From Patescibacteria group bacterium (lineage in GTDB: Bacteria > Patescibacteriota > Patescibacteriia > Magasanikbacterales > GWA2-37-8): DNA of 64,000 nt. Location: the NCBI GenBank assembly GCA_028705565.1, contig JAQWDH010000001.1:20363-84362 (forward strand). The letters are read 5' to 3'. The notes below the pieces were generated by a model. It was given only the letters and a program-made list of their open reading frames with translations. It had not been told where the DNA came from and did not search any database. Made by a program: the position numbers and the translations under genes. This document shows, piece by piece, positions 1-9,100 of this stretch (within the stretch, counting starts at the first letter, position 1; every line of letters starts with the position of its first letter).

Positions 1-102
1 GGATAATTTGGACAGAGATCCCTCTCTATGGCTCGGGATGACAATTGTATAATTATCATTTTGACCGAGTGAAATGAGTATGGAAATGACAAAATAAAAC
101 TA

Positions 103-137
103 GATTGCCGCGCTCCCTACGGTCGCTCGCAATGACA
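103..137. repeat. GTCAT/ATGAC-ended REP-like palindrome arm
   Basis: GATTGCCGCGCTCCCTACGGTCGCTCGCAATGACA; related to the arm at 32136 (GTCATTGCGAGGAGC...GCAATC); another REP arm lies at 14-42. Confidence 0.6.
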
Positions 138-162
138 ATAGTTTTTTAAATTAAATTTTTTT

Positions 163-1911
163 ATGAAGAAAATCCTCGGTTTAATTTGGAGACATAAAAT
201 TTATTCTTTGATTGTTTTGGTTATTTTGGGAACTGGCGGATATTTCGGATATCAAAAATGGTTCGTATCCGAAGAATCTGTGCGTTATATAACCGCAAAA
301 GCGGAGCGAGGCGTTCTAACAACTTCAATCAGCGGCACAGGTCAAATTTCCGCTTCCAGTCAAGTTGACATAAAAACAAAAACTTCCGGAGATGTAACTT
401 ATGTTGGCGCGAAAACAGGGCAGGAAGTAAAAAGCGGAACGCTTTTAGTGTCGCTCAACACAAAAGAAGCGTTAAAAACAGTACGCGACGCGGAAGAAAG
501 TTTGGAAACGGCAAAATTATCATTGGAAAAATTACTGCAACCGGCGGATGAACTTACGCTTTTGCAAGCTGAACATTCGTTGGAACAGGCAAAAGAATCA
601 AAACAAAAAGCCGTAGAAAGTTTAAAAAAAGCGTATGACGACGGATTTAACGGAGTCGCGAACGCTTTTTTAGATATCCCATCTGTTATGACAGGTATGC
701 AGGATTTGCTTTACAGTAATAATTATACAAATACGCAGATGAACTTTGAATACTACGCCGAGCAGGTAAGAAGTAGATTGTTTGATGAAAAAGCGTTGGA
801 ATATAAAAATGACGCAAATGTAAAATATCAGGCGGCGCGAGAGGCGTATAACAAAAATTTTCAAGATTATAAATCAGCGAGCAGATTTTCGGATAATGAA
901 ACGATAGAAGCGCTTATTGTTGAAACTTATGATAGTGTAAAAACAATCGCCGAAGCGGTAAAAAGCGCGAACAACTTAGTTCAATATTATATTGATAAAT
1001 TCACAGAAGCAAATTTAAAAACACAAACTCTCGCTACTACCCACCTTTCAAGTTTAAGCAGTTACACAGGCAAGACAAATTCGCATTTACTTAGTTTGCT
1101 TTCAACAAAACAAACATTTCAAACGAACAAAGAAACCATAATAAACGCCGATAGAACCATCGCTGAAAAAACAGGGTCGCTCGCGGATTTGAAAGCCGGC
1201 GCCGACCCGTTGGATGTTCGTTCTCAAAACTTATCCATTAAACAGAAAGAATACGCGCTCGCTGACGCGAAAGAAAAATTGGCTGATTATTATGTTTACG
1301 CGCCTTTTGATGGAACAATCGTGGCGTTTGATGTAAAAAAAGGCGATTCGGTTTCCGCCTCGGCGGTTTTAGGCACAATTATTACAAAACAGCGCATAGC
1401 CACAATTTCGCTTAATGAAATTGATGTCGCGAAAGTGAAAGTCGGACAGAATGTTATTCTTACTTTTGACGCTGTTGATGATTTATCAATTACAGGCCAG
1501 GTTGCGGAAGTGGACGCGTTGGGCACAACCAGCCAGGGAGTCGTGAGCTATAATGTTGAAATAGTTTTTGATATACAAGACGAAAGAATCAAACCCGGTA
1601 TGAGCGTAAGCGCGAGTATAATTTTAGAAAGCAAGCAGGATGTTTTAATGGTATCAAGTTCTGCCGTAAAAACGCAGGGGACGAATAGTTATGTTGAACA
1701 ACTTGATTCAGCCGGGGCGCTTGTCCGTAAAACAGTGCAAATTGGCGCAAGTAATGACACAATGACTGAAATTACGGAAGGATTGACAGATGGCGAGGAA
1801 ATTATTGCTCAAAAAATTTCAACAGGCGCCGCCTCCACGAGTAAAACCACCACGAATAACAGCTCTTCCGGTCCGGGCGTGGGCGGAGATATGATGAGAA
1901 TGATGAGATAA
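163..1911 (+). CDS. Efflux RND/MacA-like periplasmic adaptor (membrane fusion protein)
   Basis: N-terminal TM, long coiled coil, lipoyl half motifs (YAPFDGTI), beta-barrel KPGMSV motif; upstream of ABC ATPase and permease. Confidence 0.9.
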   Translation: MKKILGLIWRHKIYSLIVLVILGTGGYFGYQKWFVSEESVRYITAKAERGVLTTSISGTGQISASSQVDIKTKTSGDVTYVGAKTGQEVKSGTLLVSLNTKEALKTVRDAEESLETAKLSLEKLLQPADELTLLQAEHSLEQAKESKQKAVESLKKAYDDGFNGVANAFLDIPSVMTGMQDLLYSNNYTNTQMNFEYYAEQVRSRLFDEKALEYKNDANVKYQAAREAYNKNFQDYKSASRFSDNETIEALIVETYDSVKTIAEAVKSANNLVQYYIDKFTEANLKTQTLATTHLSSLSSYTGKTNSHLLSLLSTKQTFQTNKETIINADRTIAEKTGSLADLKAGADPLDVRSQNLSIKQKEYALADAKEKLADYYVYAPFDGTIVAFDVKKGDSVSASAVLGTIITKQRIATISLNEIDVAKVKVGQNVILTFDAVDDLSITGQVAEVDALGTTSQGVVSYNVEIVFDIQDERIKPGMSVSASIILESKQDVLMVSSSAVKTQGTNSYVEQLDSAGALVRKTVQIGASNDTMTEITEGLTDGEEIIAQKISTGAASTSKTTTNNSSSGPGVGGDMMRMMR

Positions 1912-1946
1912 TTTTAATTCGTTGCTTGGAAAAATTAGCAAAAGTT

Positions 1947-2633
1947 ATGATTAAATGCGAAAATATTACAAAAATTTATCAACTCGGAATAAACAATTCA
2001 GTGGAAGTGTTGAAAGATATAAATTTTGAAATTGAAAAAGGCGAGTTCGTGGCGATAATGGGACCGTCCGGTTCGGGAAAATCAACTTTAATGAATATGC
2101 TCGGAGCTTTAGATAGACCGACAAGCGGAAAATATTTTTTGGATGAAAAAGATGTTTTTGATATGTCGGATGAAGATTTGGCCGCGATCCGTTCGGAGAA
2201 AATCGGTTTCGTGTTTCAGTCATTTAACTTATTGCCTCGCTCAACTGTTTTAAGAAATGTGACTCTGCCTTTTATTTATAACAAGCAAACTCCGAAATCG
2301 GAGAGAAAAGAAAAAGCCGTGAAATGTTTGCGCGATGTTGGTTTGGATGAAGACAGGTGGGAACATTTGTCAAATCAATTATCAGGAGGACAGATGCAGA
2401 GGGTGGCGATAGCTCGCGCTTTGGTGAATGACCCTGGTATTATTTTAGCAGATGAGCCAACTGGAAATCTTGATACAAAAACAGGGCAGATTGTATTGGA
2501 AACCTTTAAAAAACTTAATCGGGAAAACGGACATACGATTATTTTAATCACGCACGACAAATATGTGGCTGACCACGCGGATAGAATTATTGAAATAAGA
2601 GATGGCGCCATTATTTCCGATAAAAAGAAATAA
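1947..2633 (+). CDS. MacB/LolD-type ABC transporter ATP-binding protein
   Basis: Walker A GPSGSGKST, LSGGQMQR signature, ILADEPTGNLD; ATG at 1947 preferred over TTG at 1926. Confidence 0.93.
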   Translation: MIKCENITKIYQLGINNSVEVLKDINFEIEKGEFVAIMGPSGSGKSTLMNMLGALDRPTSGKYFLDEKDVFDMSDEDLAAIRSEKIGFVFQSFNLLPRSTVLRNVTLPFIYNKQTPKSERKEKAVKCLRDVGLDEDRWEHLSNQLSGGQMQRVAIARALVNDPGIILADEPTGNLDTKTGQIVLETFKKLNRENGHTIILITHDKYVADHADRIIEIRDGAIISDKKK

Positions 2634-2709
2634 TAATAGTTGGTGTTAATTAAATTGTTTATTTTGTTAAAATATTATTATAAAATTACACAGTGTTTCC
2701 CATTAATTT

Positions 2710-2802
2710 GTCATCCCGAATGAAATGAGGGATCTCTGTCCGGTTAGTAATATCCCATAATTGCAAATGGGACAGAGATCCCTCATTTCATTCGGGATGA
2801 CA
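2710..2802. repeat. REP-like long palindrome
   Basis: GTCATCCCGAATGAAATGAGGGATCTCTGTCC ... GGACAGAGATCCCTCATTTCATTCGGGATGAC perfect inverted arms. Confidence 0.85.
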
Positions 2803-2887
2803 GTAAATGTATGATTCGCCAAATAGTTAGAATCGTTTGGGCTGTCATTCATATAAAAAATAATTTCATATTATTCCAAATCAATTT

Positions 2888-4111
2888 ATGTTATTTTCGG
2901 ATTTATTTGAAGAAACAATGTTTTCTCTTTCTGCCAACAAGTCGCGTTCCGCGTTGACTATTTTAGGCATTGTTATCGGAATCGGTTCTGTAATTGCAAT
3001 GATTTCTATTGGCCAGGGAGCAACAAAAAATATTACGGATCAAGTGCAGTCGCTTGGCACAAATTTATTGTCAGTAATGCCCGGGAACCAAAAACAATCA
3101 GGAAATATAGTTAAAGGCGGAATGGGTTCGGCGACAAGTTTGACAATGGAAGACTCTGAAGCGATAAAAACATCAATTGCGGAGGCGGTCGCGGTCGCTC
3201 CGACTGTAAGCTCAAGAAAACAGGTGACAGCGAAAGGGACGAATACAAATACAAGTATTTATGGAATTGACGAAAGTTATTTCGGCGTGAAAAACGTTGA
3301 AATTGAAAACGGTTCCAGCATAACTGAACAGCATACAAAATCGCGTTCAAAAGTGGCTGTTCTAGGTCCGACAACGGTAACTGATTTGTTTGGAGAAGGA
3401 TCAAATCCGCTCGGACAAAAAGTTCGCATTGGCAGTCAAGAATTTTCGGTTATTGGCACAACCGTCGCCAAAGGAGGAAGCGGAATGGGGAGTTCTGACG
3501 ATTTGATTTATATTCCGATTACCACGGCTCAACAATATCTTACCGGAAGCGAATCAGTGAGTACTATAAATGTGCAAATATCAGAAGAAAATTTAATGAC
3601 TTTGGCGCAAGAAGAAATCACCGCTTTACTTTTAGAACGGCATAATATCGCCGATTCAACAGCGGCCGATTTCAGCATTATGAATCAAGCTGATATGGTT
3701 GAAACAATGTCTTCGGTGACTGAAACAATGACTTTGCTTTTAGGCGCGATAGCAGGAATTTCTTTACTGGTCGGCGGTATCGGCATTATGAATATGATGC
3801 TTACAACAGTGACCGAGAGAACAAGAGAAATCGGTTTGCGCAAATCATTGGGCGCGAACAGCAAAAATATAACCTTGCAATTTTTAGCTGAATCGGTTTC
3901 CCTTACATTTTTGGGCGGTGTGATAGGTATTGTCTTGGGAAAAGTCGCGGCATGGCTAATAAGCATATTCAGCAGTTTAACAACTGTCGTGAGCTATTCT
4001 TCAATTTTATTGGCTTTTGGAATTTCGGCTTTGATAGGTATAGTGTTCGGATATTATCCGGCAAAACGCGCAGCGAAACTTAACCCGATTGACGCTTTGC
4101 GTTATCAGTAA
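2888..4111 (+). CDS. MacB/FtsX-type ABC permease
   Basis: RSALTILGIVIGI, VGGIGIMNMM..VTERTREIGLRKSLGA, PAKRAAKLNPIDALRY motifs. Confidence 0.93.
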   Translation: MLFSDLFEETMFSLSANKSRSALTILGIVIGIGSVIAMISIGQGATKNITDQVQSLGTNLLSVMPGNQKQSGNIVKGGMGSATSLTMEDSEAIKTSIAEAVAVAPTVSSRKQVTAKGTNTNTSIYGIDESYFGVKNVEIENGSSITEQHTKSRSKVAVLGPTTVTDLFGEGSNPLGQKVRIGSQEFSVIGTTVAKGGSGMGSSDDLIYIPITTAQQYLTGSESVSTINVQISEENLMTLAQEEITALLLERHNIADSTAADFSIMNQADMVETMSSVTETMTLLLGAIAGISLLVGGIGIMNMMLTTVTERTREIGLRKSLGANSKNITLQFLAESVSLTFLGGVIGIVLGKVAAWLISIFSSLTTVVSYSSILLAFGISALIGIVFGYYPAKRAAKLNPIDALRYQ

Positions 4112-4177
4112 CGTGATTGTCGCCGAATGTGTTTGTCATTCCCGCCCCGTCATCCGACGGGGTAAACTCCAATTATT

Positions 4178-4242
4178 GTCATTCCCGCGAAAGCGGGAAT
4201 CCATATAATCGAACGATGGATTCCCGCTTTCGCGGGAATGAC
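4178..4242. repeat. REP-like palindrome (ATTCCC-N8-GGGAAT core)
   Basis: GTCATTCCCGCGAAAGCGGGAATCCA ... TGGATTCCCGCTTTCGCGGGAATGAC; homologous copies at about 18265 and 20787. Confidence 0.85.
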
Positions 4243-4324
4243 AGAATGAACGATTTTCGTTATTCGGCGACAGTCCCTTGGTCGGGGTATCGGATTTATT
4301 AATTTATTATTTTATTTTTTCAAT

Positions 4325-4996
4325 ATGCGTAAACAACACCTGTTGACAATTTTACTCGTCGGCATTATGGTCGTTTCCGGTTGTGAAATAAAAAATTCGG
4401 AAACGCAAAAAAATAAAGAGCAAAATAAAAGCGGTGAGACGAATTTGGAAAATCAAATCAACGCGCCTACGAGCACTAATAAAAACGGAAACGGCGTAAA
4501 GGGAACTGATAATGATTTGACTCTCGGGAAAAATGTTATGGTTTTTGGAACATTAAATCAGGATGGAAGCGTGAGCGCGACAAGAATTATGATTGGAAAA
4601 ATTGAGGATTTTAATTTCAGCACGAGCACGCGCAGGGCGCCGGTTGGAGATGGGGCGCAAAACAACGGTTCGCAAACTACTACGCAAGGCATTGAAAACA
4701 GGGGCGAAACACGGACATCCAACAGGCCGAGCGGACAATTTAATCGCAACGGCGGCGGACAAATCGGTCAAAACGGAAAAACAATGGCAGGCGGGCAGGA
4801 AGTTGGCGGAAGTTTTAAAAGCATGACTAATTTTATTGGAGAGATTATTAAAAAAGAAAATAACAGCTTGATTTTGAAATTAAAAGATGGAGGTTCTAAA
4901 ATCGTGTTTTACACCGAGAAGACGGAAATTTTTTTAGTCCAGCCGATGAAGCAATCGGAAACTCCGAATGAACCTCCACCGAGCGAAAACAATTAA
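4325..4996 (+). CDS. Hypothetical lipoprotein
   Basis: Lipobox VVSGC; G/Q/N-rich linker; follows the ABC exporter operon. Confidence 0.75.
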   Translation: MRKQHLLTILLVGIMVVSGCEIKNSETQKNKEQNKSGETNLENQINAPTSTNKNGNGVKGTDNDLTLGKNVMVFGTLNQDGSVSATRIMIGKIEDFNFSTSTRRAPVGDGAQNNGSQTTTQGIENRGETRTSNRPSGQFNRNGGGQIGQNGKTMAGGQEVGGSFKSMTNFIGEIIKKENNSLILKLKDGGSKIVFYTEKTEIFLVQPMKQSETPNEPPPSENN

Positions 4997-5008
4997 AAAG
5001 TTTTAATT

Positions 5009-5040
5009 AAAATACACCACTTGTTCAGTGGTGTGTTTTT
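5009..5040. terminator. Bidirectional intrinsic terminator
   Basis: AAAATACACCACT-TGTTC-AGTGGTGTGTTTTT between convergent genes. Confidence 0.7.
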
Positions 5041-5474
5041 TAATTTATTGTATTGTCGTTTTTTTGGAGGAACCTGATACAAGTATTTTCTGTTTCCTCC
5101 AATCTTGTTTTTTCTTCTATATTAAATTTTTCTATTTTCATTTTTTGTTGTTCCAATACTAATTTTTTTTGTTCTACATATTCTATTTTTTCCTCAATTT
5201 CTTTTTTTTCTTTTTCACTTTTTAGATGTTCTTTTATTTTTTTATAAATTTTTATTTCATTTTTCCAATCTATTATTTCTTGACTGATTTTTTTAATCAA
5301 TGCATTTCTTTTTTTTAATTCTTTTTCGGCTTTTTTTTCCGCCTCTTCAAGCTTCATATTTATTGTTAGGTTGTCAATGAAAGTTGAAATTTCTATCTCA
5401 ACCTCCTTCATCATTTCTTCCCAGCTCTTTTTTTTATATTTATTATCTTTATTTTTACTACTTTTTTTTGTCAT
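5040..5474 (-). CDS. Hypothetical K/E-rich coiled-coil protein
   Basis: 144 aa ORF with AAGGAG SD, and TTGACA-17-TAAGGT promoter plus boxA-like GTTCTTTAAAAA upstream. Confidence 0.7.
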   Translation of the reverse strand: MTKKSSKNKDNKYKKKSWEEMMKEVEIEISTFIDNLTINMKLEEAEKKAEKELKKRNALIKKISQEIIDWKNEIKIYKKIKEHLKSEKEKKEIEEKIEYVEQKKLVLEQQKMKIEKFNIEEKTRLEETENTCIRFLQKNDNTIN

Positions 5475-5617
5475 TTTTTACTCCTTTCGCCAATGGCGAA
5501 TTTTAATTTTTAAAGAACTATTATAAGTTGACCTTACACCGAAAAACAATTTTTGTCAATGCTTTATATTGACAAAAAATTTTTATTTTAGTATGATATG
5601 GGTGCGTTTCATAATGC

Positions 5618-5689
5618 GCAGGTGTAGTATAATGGTTATTATGCGTCCTTGCCAAGGACGAGACGGCGGTTCGATTCCGCTCACCTGCT
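5618..5689 (+). tRNA. tRNA-Gly(GCC)
   Basis: Acceptor GCAGGTG/CACCTGC, anticodon arm CGTCC-TTGCCAA-GGACG, GGTTCGATTC T loop. Confidence 0.95.
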
Positions 5690-5717
5690 CTCAGTGTCTG
5701 TTTGTCTGTCAGATGGT

Positions 5718-5828
5718 CTAGGGTCTACAGTCTATGGTCTGCGGTCAATGGTCTGCGGTCAATGGTCTATGGTCAATAGTCCACTGTCTATAGTCTATAG
5801 TCCATCGTCCAAAATAGTCCATCGTCCA
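5718..5828. repeat. Degenerate heptamer tandem repeat (CTATGGT/CAATGGT/CTATAGT)
   Basis: About 14 imperfect 7-mers between two tRNAs. Confidence 0.8.
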
Positions 5829-5836
5829 AAATACAT

Positions 5837-5909
5837 CGCGGGGTAGAGCAGTTGGCAGCTCGTCAGGCCCATAACCTGAAGGTCGCCGGTTCAAGTCCGG
5901 CCCCCGCAT
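5837..5909 (+). tRNA. Initiator tRNA-fMet(CAT)
   Basis: C1:A72 mismatch (CGCGGGG/CCCCGCA), anticodon arm TCAGG-CCCATAA-CCTGA. Confidence 0.92.
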
Positions 5910-5916
5910 CAAACAT

Positions 5917-5941
5917 AAAAACCCTCTCCAAGAGGGTTTTG
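5917..5941. terminator. Intrinsic terminator
   Basis: AAAACCCTCT-CCA-AGAGGGTTTT after the tRNA pair. Confidence 0.7.
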
Positions 5942-5951
5942 TGTTTATTGC

Positions 5952-6194
5952 TCACTTTTTTTCTTCATCTTTATACCCGAGTTTATAAACAATCGTCAGC
6001 AACAGGACGAGTATGGTACCACAATAAATGAACATCTCCCAAAAGAAACCGTTTCCAAATGGTTCTTTTCCATTTGACGCTCGCATCATATCATAGACGC
6101 GGCATCCGAAAAAAAGAAAAGTTAAAAGAACAAGTTCCAACCAAAATACCGCGCGAAAAAATTCAACTAGGTATTTTTTTATTTTTTTTGTCAT
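5952..6194 (-). CDS. Small membrane protein
   Basis: Two hydrophobic segments; GGAGG SD in the end of the upstream gene. Confidence 0.65.
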   Translation of the reverse strand: MTKKIKKYLVEFFRAVFWLELVLLTFLFFGCRVYDMMRASNGKEPFGNGFFWEMFIYCGTILVLLLTIVYKLGYKDEEKK

Positions 6195-6197
6195 TTT

Positions 6198-9100
6198 TTA
6201 TCCTCCTTGCGCGGAATTGATTTTTTTCTCAGTCCACGCTTTTGTTTTTATATGAAAAATACCTGTTCCTTTTTTGAGTTTTAGCGGTTTTAAAATTTCT
6301 TCCGCGTATATTTCTTGCAGACGGATAATTGCTTTTTTTGTAAGAGTTCCAAAATATCCGGATATTATTCCTTCGGGATAAATATCTTTGCCCATTGATT
6401 TAAGAAATATTTGCAGATATTTTACATCTTGTCCAACCGCGCCTCTCCACAAAAATCTTTCAAAAGAAAAATTATCCGGAATGCCGAGTGTTGTTTTTAA
6501 AGATGAGGAAACGGTTTGAATCGTTGAAGACGTCAAAATTGTTGAAGAAGCGAGATTGATATCTTTTTCAAGAGTTGACGTGGACAAAGTTGATGTCGTT
6601 GATGTGGCTGAACTTTCCCCGAAAACACCGTAAAGACCGAAATTTTTTGTTTTGGATGTTATTTCATTCGCAAGAGTATTGTCGCTTTTAAGAGGAACCC
6701 ATATTTTTTTTGTTTCGTCCCAACGATAAATTTCCATAGCGTTTTTTTTGATTTTACCGTTCTTTACCAATTCCTCATTGTAAGTAAATGAAAGTTTCAT
6801 TTCGTTGTTAATTTTTTCAATTTCTTTTCCTCCGACAATAGCTTTAATTTCCGAAACAATATCCCCAAGGATATTAAGATTGGTCGGGAGGGGGTGATTT
6901 TTTATAATTTCCATCGGGTCCAAAGTTATAATTTCCAGAACAGCGGTGCCGACAATACTTTGCGGCAGGAATTTTATAACGCCGGTCGCTCCGGATTGAA
7001 ATATTTTTTTCACTTCTCCACCGAGGTTTTCCGTAATGTTGCCAGAACCGGAAGATGATGATGGCGGTATAATGCCTCCACCTCCGCTGATAATCGCGAT
7101 TGTCCATGTTGATGTTGATTGCGTCTTGTTTCCTGCCTTATCCACGGCTTTTACATACCAAGTATGATTGCCGTTTCCGATTTTTGAAGATACGGTTTTT
7201 GAAACGCCGGTAAGATTATCGTCTTTCAAAACATTATCCACATAAAGTTCATAATGGTCAAAATCCGCATCAGACACGGCATTCCATATAAAAGTTGGCT
7301 GTTCATTTCCCAATGTTGAATAATCGCTTGGAGAAGATAATACAAAAGCGGACGGACCTTCGGTGTCTTCGGCCACGGTAAAAGTTTTTGCTGAAAATCC
7401 TCCGTTGTAAGTGAAAGTGATTTTACCGGCGGAGTCGGATTGGTAGGAATTAAAATGAGAACCGTCAACTTTTATTGAATACCATGTATTATTTTTTGAA
7501 ACAGCCACAACATAATCAATCGTGGTCGTGGAAATTGTGCTGGATGCCGTCCATTGGTCGGTATATCCGTTGGAAATGTCGCTGTCATTAAAAGCCAAAG
7601 TGATTTCTCCAATGGAAGGAATAATTTTTATTGTGTTTGTCGCGGCAGTGCCGAGTGTTAAACTTTTTGTGCTGGAAACATTTACAGTAAGAAGATTCGC
7701 CGCTACATTCATCCAATCCCACTCCGAAGTTGGCAAAACATTAAAAGAAGTTGAAAAGCCGCGCGTGGTCAAATCAAAATTTGCGTTGGTGGATGTTGGC
7801 GCGACATTTACAGCGCGAGTGGTGGAAGCGTTGGTTCCGGAAGTGTCACGGAGGTAAACAGTGTATTCATTGCTGCCTTCAGTTAATCCGGAAAATAAAA
7901 TAGACGGATTGCTGTAAACGCTTGCGTTGTAGGAAGCGCGAATCTCATCTTGTGAAAGCGCACGTTTCCAAACTCTTACTTCATCAAGCAAACCCTTGTA
8001 ATAAGCATACGCGTTGGAGCTTGGAACCGCGCCGTTTGTCCATCTGCCTAACTGGCTGTATCCATCATAATAATCGCATATATTTCCGGTTTGACTTACC
8101 GAGTCCTCTAAAATTCCGTTAAAATAAAATTTTATTGTCGTTCCATCGTATGTGACCGCCAAATGATTCCAAGTTGTGGTTGAAATATATGATGTGCTGC
8201 TTACAATCGGCCAGTCGGTGTTGTTCATGCATAATTGCGCCGCGGCTTCGGCGCGTATATCATTTTCGCCCAAGTCGGTGTAATCGGATTTCAAATACAT
8301 TTGGTATTGAGGAAAGTTGGCGATAAATGTGATGTTGTAATCAGAATCCACGGAAGTCGGTTTTATCCACGCTTCCACTGTCAAATCATCTCCTGTCATA
8401 TCAGTGGATGAAGGGCCGGTTAAAGAAACAAAGTCATCAATACCGTCAAAAAGCAAAGCGTTTCCGAATTTTCCTGCCGCCCATTGCGGTAAAGTTGTAT
8501 TCTTATAAATATGAAAACTGTCTCCGGTGGCAAAGCCGGTGAGCGCGGATGCCAAAGTAATGGTTTTATCCGTTTCGCTGGTCGCCGTATAATCGCTGAT
8601 AGTCGTGGTTGAACCATCCGCAGCCCCGGAAGTCGCTTCAAAAATCCAATTGTTATAAAAATCGTTATTTGTGCTGAGAACTATATAAGATGTTTCTTTT
8701 ATAACAGATTCCGTGGTGCCGGCATCGGCAGTGCCGTAATCGCCATAGTCAAATGTTCCTGTATGTCCGGCAATACTATCAGACACGGAAGTTCCGGAAG
8801 TTTCGTCAAATTTCCAATATCCTATCGGTTTGTTATCCCCCCAAGTAATGAACATACTTGAATCACCGGTGGAAGAGATCGTCATATTCAAAAGAGTCCA
8901 ACTTCTGTTGATATATGAACTATTATATTCAGTAGAAGAAGCGAAAGCGATTGACAGGCGAGCCGGCGTGCATAAAGAAGTGTCAACCGATAAACAATCA
9001 TCACGGCATCCGAGCGTTCCGCCCGTGTAGCTATAATCAACGCAAACAGCGTTTCCTGTGTCGTTGTCATCGCACACCTCGCCGGTTTCTTTGACTCCGT

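Noticed and set aside
4117-4302. 61-aa ORF containing CHSRESGNP
   Set aside because: Translation of a REP palindrome.
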